Positions 50,233-59,597 of a stretch of DNA of 64,000 bases are shown piece after piece. Each line of letters begins with the position of its first letter. Within the stretch, counting starts at the first letter, position 1. The notes below the pieces were generated by a model. It had not been told where the DNA came from, searched no databases, and saw only the letters and a program-made list of their open reading frames with translations. The stretch covers positions 2,528,001 to 2,592,000 of the forward strand of contig OZ250169.1 of assembly GCA_965237955.1 (NCBI GenBank). Reading direction: 5' to 3'. A program made the translations under genes and the position numbers. The DNA comes from Candidatus Marinacidobacterales bacterium. GTDB taxonomy: Bacteria; Acidobacteriota; Vicinamibacteria; Marinacidobacterales; SMYC01.

Positions 50233-50334
50233 CTTGTTTTTTGCTTCAGTTTGGTATTCTGTAGGTAAGGACGGTGTCGGCTTTAACACCGGGTACCGCC
50301 GGGAACACGTGTTGAACTGCCATAACTGCCTTTA

Positions 50335-50856
50335 TTGGACGACTGGATGGACGAAGAAAGATTTCGTATACGCGCAGAGCTCTATCGTCTGCTTCTGGAC
50401 GACGAAGCAGGCACTGCGTCCACGCTCGTCCCGCGCATGTTGGCAGACCCCGATTCGCTGACCCCAGAAATTCGCTGGTGCCTTCTCTACCTCATCCGAG
50501 GCATCGGCTACGTTGCCGCGCGTAACCGGCTCTTGGGGCACGGTGGGCTTCTCGACACGCTAGCGGAAGATTTCGAGATCGCTCGGTGTCGCACGAGACG
50601 CTTGGACGGCCTGTGGTCCGATGTCGTGCAAGAAGATCCAAAACACTGGATGCAGCGGTACGAGTCCACGGACGTGCACTATTCCATCGGCGAGCTCTTG
50701 TGGCTCAACGAGCAGCTCGGCCGTCTTTGGGAAGTCGAGCGACAGCGCCTCGCTCTCGAAGAGCCGCCGCTTCCTCCGTTGGCAATGCGCAGAAAGCTCG
50801 TCGCCGCCGAACAGCGGGACGCGGTGCCGTTCCATCTCCCCTTGCGGCTGAACTAA
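50335..50856 (+). CDS. hypothetical protein
   Basis: 173-aa ORF with host-like codon usage filling the gap between two hairpin elements. Confidence 0.6.
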   Translation: MDDWMDEERFRIRAELYRLLLDDEAGTASTLVPRMLADPDSLTPEIRWCLLYLIRGIGYVAARNRLLGHGGLLDTLAEDFEIARCRTRRLDGLWSDVVQEDPKHWMQRYESTDVHYSIGELLWLNEQLGRLWEVERQRLALEEPPLPPLAMRRKLVAAEQRDAVPFHLPLRLN

Positions 50857-50865
50857 CGTTCCAAA

Positions 50866-50973
50866 AAACAAACGCCAAGGCGCAAAGGCGCAAAGTGAGC
50901 GCCTTCGGCGCTGATTCTCTCTTTGTCTCGCTGCGCTTTGTGTCTTTGCGCCCTTGCGCCTTTGCGTTTGTTT
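50866..50973. repeat. inverted octamer-repeat cassette (GCGCAAAG)n/(CTTTGCGC)n
   Basis: aaacaaacgccaaggcgcaaaggcgcaaag ... ctttgcgcccttgcgcctttgcgtttgttt. Confidence 0.8.
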
Positions 50974-51107
50974 CTTTTCCTGCCTCATCGGGATTTTCTT
51001 GGTGATGGCGACTTGCAAGTTGCCGATTTGCTAGGCATTCTAGTTTCTAGTTCAAAAACACAAATTCCTGAGACTCGGTACGGAGTCTCCATCGGAGCGA
51101 CATCGCC

Positions 51108-51590
51108 ATGTCGGATCCAGAAAGCGATTCCCCCTATCGCACCCCAACTCGTGCCGTCGACGTCGAGCTGAGCATCACGGGTGATCGGAGTGAGGAGGTC
51201 ACGCTGTACTTGTCGACGCTGTCGGAAACGCACACCGGTGCGGAAACCGTGGAGGAGGCCCTGAACCGCGATCGCGATTTTCTCCCGGTGCGCACGCGAG
51301 AGACCGATCAGACTTTTCTCGTTCGGCGGAGCGCGATCCGGACCGTGACCATCGGGGACGACGAGGGTGACGTGCTTCCGCACGAGGAGAGTCTCGCGTC
51401 GGTCGACTTGGTGCGTTTGGAGCTCGACGGTGGCGAGATCATCGAAGGCACCCTTGCTACCGTGCTCCCTCCGGAAAAGTCTCGCCTGTCGGACTACTTC
51501 AATCTCAGCAAGGTGACGTTCGTACCGCTCGCGGTGGACGAGGGTGTTATCTACGTCAACCGGAACTTCATTTCGATCGTGTGGTTTTGA
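51108..51590 (+). CDS. conserved hypothetical protein upstream of pilT
   Basis: duplicated small beta domain; RLSDYFN...FVPL...YVNRNFI. Confidence 0.7.
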   Translation: MSDPESDSPYRTPTRAVDVELSITGDRSEEVTLYLSTLSETHTGAETVEEALNRDRDFLPVRTRETDQTFLVRRSAIRTVTIGDDEGDVLPHEESLASVDLVRLELDGGEIIEGTLATVLPPEKSRLSDYFNLSKVTFVPLAVDEGVIYVNRNFISIVWF

Positions 51591-51612
51591 CAACTCGGAA
51601 AGGTGGAAGCTG

Positions 51613-53243
51613 ATGCGCATGGAGCCTCTGATGGAGACTCTTCAAAAATCGGACGGAGAGGAGATGCACCTCGAGCCGGGTGAGCGGGTCTACGTTCTGA
51701 GACAGGGCCAGCGAAGCCCCGTGGGACGAGAGCCGGTATCAGCGGGAGCTCTTCTTCAGATGGCAACGCAGTCGTTGAAGCCGTTCCAGTTGTCAGAATT
51801 GGATCAGAAGTCACATACGATCGAGCGCGAGCACGGAAACGAGACGTTCCGAGTCGAGTTCACGAGACCCAACGGGTCTATTGTCGTGACTATCCGGAGG
51901 AATAGGTCGCGCGTGCCCCCGATGACGACATCGGCAACGCCCCCCCCGCCGCTCCCGCTGTCGTGCCGACTCTGGCTGTGCCTGTCGCATCGGCCGCACC
52001 TGTCGCGTCGACTCCGGTGGAGCCGGCACCGATGCCGACTCCACTTCCCGTGGCCGCTCCCGTGAGCACGCCGGTGCCGATGCCGCCCGCGGCCGCTCCC
52101 CCGAGCGCACCGGTAGCGAGCGCTCCCGTCGTCACGGAAGCGTCGCCGGTAAGCCGGGACACGACGGCGATAGATGAGCTTCTCCGTCACATGGTGGCGG
52201 CGGGCGCTTCGGATCTGCACTTGAGTGCGGGCGCGGTTCCCGTCCTCCGCGTTCATGGTGAGGTCAAGTTCCTGAGCGAACGTGGAGCGTTGAGCTCGAG
52301 CGATGTAGAGAAACTCGTGTACAGCATCATGGAGGACGACATCCGGAATACGTTCGAACAGCTTCGGGATGCGGACTGCGCCTACGAGATCCCGGGTGTG
52401 TCACGTTTTCGTGTGAACGTTTTCGAAGATCGCAAAGGCCTCGGTTCGGTGATCCGCACGATCCCGGTCGACATCCTCACCGTGGAGCAACTGAACTTAC
52501 CCCAGGTGTGTTTGGACCTGTGCTTTCTCACCAAGGGTCTCGTGCTCGTCACCGGGCCCACCGGCTCAGGGAAGTCGACGACGCTCGCAGCGATGGTGGA
52601 TTACATCAACAAGAATCGCTCGGACCACATCATCACCATCGAAGATCCGATCGAGTTCGTCCACGAGAACAAGAACTGCCTCGTGAACCAACGCCAGGTC
52701 GGTAACCACACCAAATCCTTCAAGACCGCGTTACGCGCGGCGCTTCGTGAGGACCCGGATATCGTGCTCGTGGGGGAGATGCGGGATCTGGAGACCATCG
52801 CCATCGCCATCGAGACCGCCGAGACCGGCCATCTCGTTTTCGGAACGCTACACACCACGACCGCGGTCGCCACCGTCGACCGCATCATCGATCAGTTCCC
52901 GCCCGATCAGCAGGAGCAGATCCGCACCATGCTCGCGGATTCACTCAAAGGCGTGATCGCCCACGTTCTGTGCAAGAAGAAAGAAGGTGGTCGCGCGGCC
53001 GCACTCGAAATCCTGCTCGGCAACGCGGCGCTCGCGAGCCTCATCCGGGAGGCCAAGACGTTTCAGATCCCCTCGATCATGCAGACGTCGAAACGTCAGG
53101 GCATGGTGACGATGAACGACAGCCTCCTCCGGCTCGTGAAAGAAGGTGCCGTCGAGGCGAAAGAAGCGTGGATGAAGTCGCACGAAAAAACAGGTTTGCT
53201 CGGCCTGTTCAAGAGCAACGGTATCAAAGTCGACTTCGTGTGA
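51613..53243 (+). CDS. pilT: type IV pilus retraction ATPase PilT/PilU with N-terminal extension; frameshift near 51906-51947
   Basis: GASDLHL, TGPTGSGKSTTLA, TIEDPIEF, ALREDPD, AETGHLVFGTLHT; N-terminal domain is in a different frame. Confidence 0.85.
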
Positions 53244-53249
53244 CAAAAA

Positions 53250-53503
53250 AGAATCACCGCAGAGCCGCAGAGCCGCAGAGCCGCAGAGCACGCAGAGAAC
53301 ACGCAGAGCGACCGACCAACTCGTTTTCGTGTCCTCTATCTCTCGCTTTCTCTGCGATCCCTGCCCACGAAGGCGCCGTGTCGCCTCACGGCGACGTCGC
53401 GAAAAGAAGAGCAGGAACTCAGGAAAGTCAGAAACACAGGAAACCGCGACCACTCCTGTGCACAAGAATCTTTCCTGTATTCCTGCCGTTCCTGTGTTCC
53501 TGC
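53250..53503. repeat. compound cassette: (CCGCAGAG)n array plus inverted nonamer array (CAGGAA/TTCCTG)
   Basis: atcaccgcagagccgcagagccgcagagccgcagag...; gcaggaactcaggaaagtcagaaacacaggaaa / tttcctgtattcctgccgttcctgtgttcctgc. Confidence 0.8.
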
Positions 53504-53557
53504 CAAAAAAAAGGCCGGGCGGCACTAACCACCGGGCCATTTCTTCTGAACTGTTCT

Positions 53558-54469
53558 TTAGTTACCGGCTTCGGCTTCGCTCAAGTCGGCCAGGAACTGC
53601 TTCACCTCGTCGGCTTGCGCTCCGTTCGGCTCGAGCTCGAGGTAGCGCTCGAAGTGGGTTTTCGCTGCAGCGTTGTCCTCAGCTTGAGCTGCGAGGCTTC
53701 CGAGAATGTAGTGTGCTTGCGGCGACTGCGGAGCATCGGGCTTTGCCTCGAGGAACAGAGTGAGGTGCGAGATCGCCTTCTGGTGCGCGGCGGCGGCATC
53801 GGGGGAGCCTTCGGCGCCGCGGACCACCATCGAGCCGACCATGAAGTGCGAGTCGGCCGCGAACGTGTCATCGGGCTTGAGCTCCAGGTATTTCTCGAGG
53901 CGTTGGGTCGCTTTGGCCCAATCTTGCTGGTTGAAGTTGATGCGGCCAGCGTAATAGTACGGGCGGTGCCGCGCCGGGTCGAGCTGGATGACCTTGGCGA
54001 AAGCCTGCTCCGCCGCGCCTTCACGTTTCGCGCGCATCAGGGTGATACCGAGGAAGAGCTGAACTTCGGTATCGTTGGGTTTCGCGGAAGCCGCCTTCTC
54101 GAGGTAAGAGATCGCCTTTGCTGGCGTGCTTCCCCGTGCGTAGCAGAGCCCGCCGTCACGATTCGAGTTGTTGATCATGTCGGCAGCTTTATCGTTATCG
54201 CCGACTTTCTGGATGAACGTGTCGAAATTCGCTGCGCACTTATCGTATCTCTTCTTGGACCGGTAGGCGTATCCCAGGTAGTAGTTGCTTGCGTAAAGAT
54301 CTGCATTCGCCGAGAGCGCCTTTTCGCAGGATGCGATCACGCCGTCGAAGTCGTTCTTTTTGACGGCGTCCTGGCACGCGATAAAATCCGCGGCGCCCGC
54401 TTGTTCCTGCTGAGCGAAGGCGCCGCTTGCGATGAGCGTAGCGACGGCTACGCCTAGCCACTTGTTCAT
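53558..54469 (-). CDS. secreted TPR-repeat protein
   Basis: signal peptide MNKWLGVAVATLIASGAFA; tandem TPRs. Confidence 0.85.
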   Translation of the reverse strand: MNKWLGVAVATLIASGAFAQQEQAGAADFIACQDAVKKNDFDGVIASCEKALSANADLYASNYYLGYAYRSKKRYDKCAANFDTFIQKVGDNDKAADMINNSNRDGGLCYARGSTPAKAISYLEKAASAKPNDTEVQLFLGITLMRAKREGAAEQAFAKVIQLDPARHRPYYYAGRINFNQQDWAKATQRLEKYLELKPDDTFAADSHFMVGSMVVRGAEGSPDAAAAHQKAISHLTLFLEAKPDAPQSPQAHYILGSLAAQAEDNAAAKTHFERYLELEPNGAQADEVKQFLADLSEAEAGN

Positions 54470-54652
54470 GAAACTGTCTCCTCTGGTCTTGATTTGCCGG
54501 GCCACAGAATGCCCTCGGCTAAAACGCTAACACAAGGGCGAGGCGAACAGCAAACGAATCTCCATGCTCTGCCAGTGAACCCAAGCATATTCTAGCGCAA
54601 TTTCCTGCCAGGGGCTTGCCTCGGAGCCGTCGTCGTCGTAGATTCATCCACC

Positions 54653-55948
54653 GTGACCCATAGGGCCGAGCCGGGCAAGCGCATTGCGTTCGTGGCCGGG
54701 TGCCGGACGCCGTTCGCGAAGGCCGGCGGATTTCTTGCCGACGAGACTTCGCTCGACCTCGCGCGCTCCGTCCTCGCCGAGCTCTTGAGCCGTGCCGAGC
54801 TGCGAGCGGACGCCGTGGACCAGGTCGTGCTCGGAACCGTCGTGCCGAACGTACAGGCACCGAATCTTGCGCGCGAGGCTGCCCTCGCGTGCGGACTTCC
54901 CGCGAGCACCGATGCGTTCACCGTGTCGCGCGCGTGCGCTTCTGCAAACCAGGCGATCGTGAGCGCAGCCGAAGCCATCGCTTCGCGGCAAGCAGACGTC
55001 GTGATCGCGGGTGGCGCCGAATCACTTTCGAACGTTCCCATCCTCGTCTCGAAGCCGCTCAGCCGAGCGCTCGTCGCCGCCAGTAAAGCGAAAACACTCG
55101 GCAAACGGATGAAAGCGTTTCGAGGTATGAAGCTCAAGGATGTCATCCCTGTGCCCCCGGCGATCGCCGAGTACTCGACCGGTCTTACCATGGGAGAGTC
55201 GGCCGAAAAGATGGCCAAAGAGAACGGGATCGGCCGTGAGGAGCAAGATCGGTTCGCGGCACGAAGCCACGAGCTCGCCGCCGCGGCCACTGACGACGGT
55301 CGACTCCCGGCGGAGATGATCCGCGCCTACCAGCCGCCGCGCTACCAGTCCTCGTTGCAAGAGGACGACGGCATTCGCCGGGATACCGATCTCGCGACCC
55401 TCGCCGCGCTCCGTCCCGCGTTCGATCGCCGTTTCGGATCGCTTACCGCGGGCAACTCGTCGCCTTTGACCGATGGTGCTGCGGCATTGTTGATGATGCG
55501 TGAGGACAAGGCGAAGGCGGAAGGCTATCGGCCGCTCGGCTATCTTCGCTCCTACGCGTTCGCGGCAGTGGACCCGTCCGATCAGCTGTTGATCGGCCCC
55601 GCCTACAGCACGCCGATCGCACTCGATCGCGCCGGGCTGACGCTTTCCGACATGAGCCTCGTGGACTTGCACGAAGCGTTTGCGGCACAAGTGTTGTCGG
55701 TGCTTCGAGCTCTCGAGTCCGCGACGTTCGCGCGCGAGAAACTGAATCGCTCGCCAATAGGCACCGTCGACGAAGCCAAGCTCAACGTCGAAGGCGGCTC
55801 GATCGCCATCGGCCACCCGTTCGGCGCCACCGGTGCCCGCATTACCCTCAGCGTCTTGAACGAGCTCACCCGGCGCGGCGGTGGGTTCGGCCTCATCGGC
55901 GTGTGCGCGGCCGGCGGGCTCGGCGCCAGCTTCGTGGTCGAAACGTAG
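54653..55948 (+). CDS. fadI: acetyl-CoA C-acyltransferase (thiolase, FadI-like)
   Basis: RTPFAK, VSRACASA, AGNSSPLTDGA, HEAFAAQ, GGSIAIGHPFGATGAR, CAAGG. Confidence 0.9.
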   Translation: MTHRAEPGKRIAFVAGCRTPFAKAGGFLADETSLDLARSVLAELLSRAELRADAVDQVVLGTVVPNVQAPNLAREAALACGLPASTDAFTVSRACASANQAIVSAAEAIASRQADVVIAGGAESLSNVPILVSKPLSRALVAASKAKTLGKRMKAFRGMKLKDVIPVPPAIAEYSTGLTMGESAEKMAKENGIGREEQDRFAARSHELAAAATDDGRLPAEMIRAYQPPRYQSSLQEDDGIRRDTDLATLAALRPAFDRRFGSLTAGNSSPLTDGAAALLMMREDKAKAEGYRPLGYLRSYAFAAVDPSDQLLIGPAYSTPIALDRAGLTLSDMSLVDLHEAFAAQVLSVLRALESATFAREKLNRSPIGTVDEAKLNVEGGSIAIGHPFGATGARITLSVLNELTRRGGGFGLIGVCAAGGLGASFVVET

Positions 55949-55970
55949 CAGGCTGATGAACTAAGCACTA

Positions 55971-56256
55971 ATGAAACCGCTCGCCGGCACGCGCATCGTC
56001 GATTTGAGTCGCTACGCGCCGGGTCCGTATGGGTCGCTCGTGTGCGCGGCTCTCGGCGCCGAAGTCGTCAAAGTCGAAGCGCCGGTAGGCGGAGATCCTC
56101 TGCGTCGCACGCGAGGCGTTCGCGCATCCTCAAACAACCCACCGCGGTCAAACCTCGAGCGATTTCCAGCTTCCGTTCGGTCTTACCAGGACCGTGCTCG
56201 GCAAGGCACCCGACCTCGGGGAGCACACCGAAGAGATTCTCGGTGCGCTGGGATAA
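55971..56256 (+). pseudogene. CaiB/BaiF CoA-transferase with a large internal deletion
   Basis: N-terminus PLAGTRIVDLSRYAPGPY...LGAEVVKVE..GGDPLR and C-terminus APDLGEHTEEILGALG are only ~100 nt apart. Confidence 0.85.
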
Positions 56257-56292
56257 GATCGCTTCCTTACTCGGCCTGACTCGGAGAGTTCA

Positions 56293-57942
56293 TTGCTCAA
56301 ACCGCGAAACCTGACACGCCTACGCCAAGTCGCGACCGTATTCATTCGGAACGGTTTCGAGGACGTGCTCCAAAGCTTCGACTTGTTGTCGTGGATGGGT
56401 TTCCGGCGACGGCGCGTGAAAAAGCCCGCGGACCGTCTTCAAAGCCGCGCGGAGAACTTTCGGCTCACGCTCGAAGAGCTCGGCACGACTTACATCAAGC
56501 TCGGACAACTCCTGTCGACACGGCCGGACCTTCTGCCGCCGGTTTTCGTCGAGGAGTTGATTCGGCTCCAGGACCGAGTCGAGCCGGTCCCATTCGACGG
56601 CGTGCGCGCCGTGCTCGAACAAGAGCTCTCTCGTCCTCTCGACGATGTGTTCGCGCGCTTCGACACCGAGCCTGTCGCCGCGGCGTCAATTGCTCAGGTT
56701 TATCGCGCGCGGCTACAGCCGGGCGTGTCCGACCTCGATGGCGAAGTCGCAGTGAAGGTCGTGAAGCCGGGCGTTCCCGAGCTCGTGCGATCGGATATGG
56801 AGATCCTCCGCGAAGTTGCGGAAAGGCTCTCGCGCTCGACATTGGCGAGGCGGTACGACTTCGAGGGGTTGAGCTCGCAGCTCGATACGACGTTGAAGGC
56901 CGAGCTCGACCTTCGGCAGGAAGCCTCGAACGCGCGCCGCATCCGGGCCTCGATGAAGGATTTCGCCCGGCTTCGGATCCCTCTGGTCGTGGACGAGCTC
57001 ACCCGAGAGCGCGTGCTCGTCCTCGAGTATGTCGACGGGACGAAGCTCTCTGCGATCGAGGGAGCACGTCCCGAGGTCGCGGACGAGCTGTGGCGCGCTT
57101 ACCTCAAGCAGATCCTGATGGATGGCGCGTTTCAGTGCGACCCGCACCCGGGGAACTTCTTGATCGATCGCGAAGGGCGTCTCGCGCTGCTCGATTACGG
57201 CATGATCGCGTTCGTCTCGCGCGAGAACCAGCTGCGACTCATGGCGCTTCTGATCACGCTCGTCGAGCGCGACGGTGATCGCACCGCACGTGCTTGTATC
57301 GAGATGGGAATTGTCGGGAAGGATTTCCGGGAAGCACGCTTCCGTGCCGAAGTCGGCCACTTGGTCGCCCGGCATTCGGGGATGACGCTCAAGGACTTGC
57401 CGTTCGGCCTCATCGTCCGCGACCTTCTCGTTCTTAGCGTCAGGAACGACATCCAGGTTCCGCCGGAAATGGTGTTGCTCGGAAAAACGCTTCTGAACCT
57501 CGATCCGATTTGCCGGAAGCTCGACCCCGACATGGATCCGGTGAGCACGATGAAGGATGTGGCGATGCGCCTTCTCGAAGAGCAGATCCGGCGAGACATC
57601 AGCACCGAGCGGCTCATGTCGCTCGCGCTCGAGGTGAGGTCGTTTCTCTACGACGTGCCGTTGAGCCTTCGCCGGGTGCTGACGCAGCTTGCGAACAACG
57701 AGCTACGCGTCGGGATCGAGATCGAGAAGGCGGAGCAGATGCAGGTGGCCGTTCGCGACGTGGCGAACCGGATTACCCTCGGGGTGATCACCGCTGCGCT
57801 CATCATGGGCTCGGCACTCCTGGTCCGCGTCGGCGCCGGCCACACGATCTTCGACCTGCCGATCATCGCCTTCCTGGGCTTCTTGATGGCAGCAGGCCTA
57901 GGAATCTTTGTGGTGGTCCAAATCCTCGCCGGCAGGCACTGA
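56293..57942 (+). CDS. AarF/UbiB (ABC1) family kinase
   Basis: LGTTYIKLGQLLSTRPDL, LQD, AAASIAQV, VAVKV, DPHPGN, LDYG. Confidence 0.92.
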   Translation: MLKPRNLTRLRQVATVFIRNGFEDVLQSFDLLSWMGFRRRRVKKPADRLQSRAENFRLTLEELGTTYIKLGQLLSTRPDLLPPVFVEELIRLQDRVEPVPFDGVRAVLEQELSRPLDDVFARFDTEPVAAASIAQVYRARLQPGVSDLDGEVAVKVVKPGVPELVRSDMEILREVAERLSRSTLARRYDFEGLSSQLDTTLKAELDLRQEASNARRIRASMKDFARLRIPLVVDELTRERVLVLEYVDGTKLSAIEGARPEVADELWRAYLKQILMDGAFQCDPHPGNFLIDREGRLALLDYGMIAFVSRENQLRLMALLITLVERDGDRTARACIEMGIVGKDFREARFRAEVGHLVARHSGMTLKDLPFGLIVRDLLVLSVRNDIQVPPEMVLLGKTLLNLDPICRKLDPDMDPVSTMKDVAMRLLEEQIRRDISTERLMSLALEVRSFLYDVPLSLRRVLTQLANNELRVGIEIEKAEQMQVAVRDVANRITLGVITAALIMGSALLVRVGAGHTIFDLPIIAFLGFLMAAGLGIFVVVQILAGRH

Positions 57943-57963
57943 TCGATGGATCGTTCGCTCGAT

Positions 57964-58079
57964 GCGCCATCAGCCATCAGCCATTAGCTCGTCTCTTGGA
58001 CCAACCGGGTCCGCTCGCGAAAGGCGAGGACCCTGCGCAAAAGGAAAGCTGATGGCTGATGGCCGACGGCTGATGGCGT
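57964..58079. repeat. inverted heptamer-repeat cassette (GCCATCA)n/(TGATGGC)n with an inner hairpin
   Basis: gcgccatcagccatcagccattagct ... agctgatggctgatggccgacggctgatggcg. Confidence 0.85.
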
Positions 58080-58083
58080 AGTA

Positions 58084-58109
58084 AAGCGGGGCCCGCAAGG
58101 GCCCCGCTT
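58084..58109. terminator. terminator-like hairpin between convergent genes
   Basis: aagcggggccc-gcaa-gggccccgctt. Confidence 0.75.
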
Positions 58110-58115
58110 CCAGAT

Positions 58116-59048
58116 CTACTGACCTGCTTCGACGTCGGCCGTGGCAGCGACGGGTCGCGGCCGCGCTTGCCGCCTCGAAGGCGCACTGCCGAGAAGCTTT
58201 CCGTCACGATCGCGGTCCTTGTGCATCTGCTCGAGCGTGACTTCGACGCCGAGCTCGAACCGATCCTTGAGGTTGTTGTAGACGGTGCCGACTTTCTTGA
58301 CGTAGTTCGTCGTCTCCGTCGCCGCACGCGCGCTTCCGGCACGATAGTAGCCTGCGTTGAGCGGCCCACCGTTGTACTCGGCGAGCCCCATGTTCCGATC
58401 GTTGTACGCTGAGAACAGGATGTCGAGGTAGAGCGCTGCCATTTCCGTGTTCTTCTTCGGGTCGTACAGCATCTCATCCGAGTATTCCCAGTCCAGCGAG
58501 CGCGCGAGGAGCCGCGCCGTTGACGGCCAGATTTGGTAGAGGCCTTTCGCGTTGGCGACGGACGTCGCGTTGAGCTCGTAGCGACTCTCCACGATACCGA
58601 TCGCGAGGAACATGAGCGGATCGACCGCGGGGTACTTGTCGGACGCTTGCATGATGAGTGCGGCGTATTCGAAAGCCTCGTTGAGGCTTACCCGCGGATT
58701 CGTGCGCATGATTTCATCCCGAATCCCCAAGAGCAGCTGCTGGCGCTTCGAATCGAAGCTGATACCCGCATCGAGATTCTGGATCTTTTCTTCGACGCGC
58801 CGCATCGTGGTGCCCATCTCGTCGTTGAGTTCACCCACGCGATGAAAAGCGTAAAAAGCGACGCCGACCGTCGTCAGAAGCAGTAGGGAGAGAAACAGAA
58901 GCGCTGTCGTCTGCCAGCCCGTTCCCTGCCGCACGATGATTTGTTGAAACTCAGCAGGCGCGTCTCCCACCGCGGTGAGGACGTCGTTCGCCTCTCCCGC
59001 TTCGGGTTGCGCGTCTACGATACTCGTTATCTTTTTGGAACTAGCCAT
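58116..59048 (-). CDS. membrane-anchored lytic transglycosylase (SLT domain)
   Basis: IVESRY...SVANAKGLYQI.P.TA...YNGG...ETTNYVKKV. Confidence 0.88.
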   Translation of the reverse strand: MASSKKITSIVDAQPEAGEANDVLTAVGDAPAEFQQIIVRQGTGWQTTALLFLSLLLLTTVGVAFYAFHRVGELNDEMGTTMRRVEEKIQNLDAGISFDSKRQQLLLGIRDEIMRTNPRVSLNEAFEYAALIMQASDKYPAVDPLMFLAIGIVESRYELNATSVANAKGLYQIWPSTARLLARSLDWEYSDEMLYDPKKNTEMAALYLDILFSAYNDRNMGLAEYNGGPLNAGYYRAGSARAATETTNYVKKVGTVYNNLKDRFELGVEVTLEQMHKDRDRDGKLLGSAPSRRQARPRPVAATADVEAGQ

Positions 59049-59167
59049 TCCTGAACCCTCCACCTGGAACAGGAGCTCAGCCCGTCGTCCGCCATCTTGG
59101 CGGTGGCGGCAACTCACGAAACTCGATCAACTCCGAGGTGGGCTCGCAAAGAGCCCGTCCAAGCCTT

Positions 59168-59300
59168 AGCTTGGGGGGTAGCTCGGGCGTCGAAGAACCG
59201 GGCGGAGTCGCCAGCCCCCCGTGAGCAGGCAGATGGCCCGCCCCGCCGAGATGCGTCCCCCAATGTTGGCATCCCGGCACAGCTCGGACAGGGAGCGGTT
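59168..59300 (-). ncRNA. candidate riboswitch, divergent c-di-AMP (ydaO)-like
   Basis: colinear motifs CGCU..CGGG..CCAA..UUGGGG..AUC..GGGCU..ACUC..GCCCG..AGCUA..AAGC in the leader of a cell-wall hydrolase gene. Confidence 0.45.
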
Positions 59301-59314
59301 CGAATCCCCATCCT

Positions 59315-59343
59315 TGTCTAGCGCGCGTTATCCACACAGTCAA
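59315..59343 (-). promoter_or_regulatory. sigma70-type promoter containing a perfect DnaA box
   Basis: TTGACT-17 nt-TAGACA on the minus strand; TTATCCACA at 59328-59336 lies in the spacer. Confidence 0.55.
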
Positions 59344-59597
59344 GCCGGTTCCTCGGGACCCACTAGATTCTGTGGTCCTCGTTCGAAACAACCCAAGATG
59401 TTGGATTGCCGCGGAGTATAGCACCGGTGCCACGCCGGATCTATCGGAAATCAGGAGGTGTGGGGAATAACCCACATCCACGCGACGTGAATGCATTCGC
59501 TTAAGTTCCACCTTTACAGTGAGTTGGGATGGGCCTTCCGAGCTTCCGTAGGAGAAACCGAACATCCAATTTTTGGGAACTTTTGGGGGTCCCGCCT

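Noticed and set aside
53250-53503. Repeat arrays as a possible CRISPR
   Set aside because: Units are 8-9 bp and tandem, with no unique spacers and no cas genes.
52970-54457. 495-aa plus-strand ORF
   Set aside because: Antisense shadow of the TPR gene, running through repeats; no recognisable domain.
59288-59318. T-loop motif GGTTCGAATCCC in a hairpin on the plus strand, suggesting a tRNA or tmRNA end
   Set aside because: There is no anticodon or D arm at the correct spacing and no CCA end; it overlaps the predicted minus-strand transcription start.
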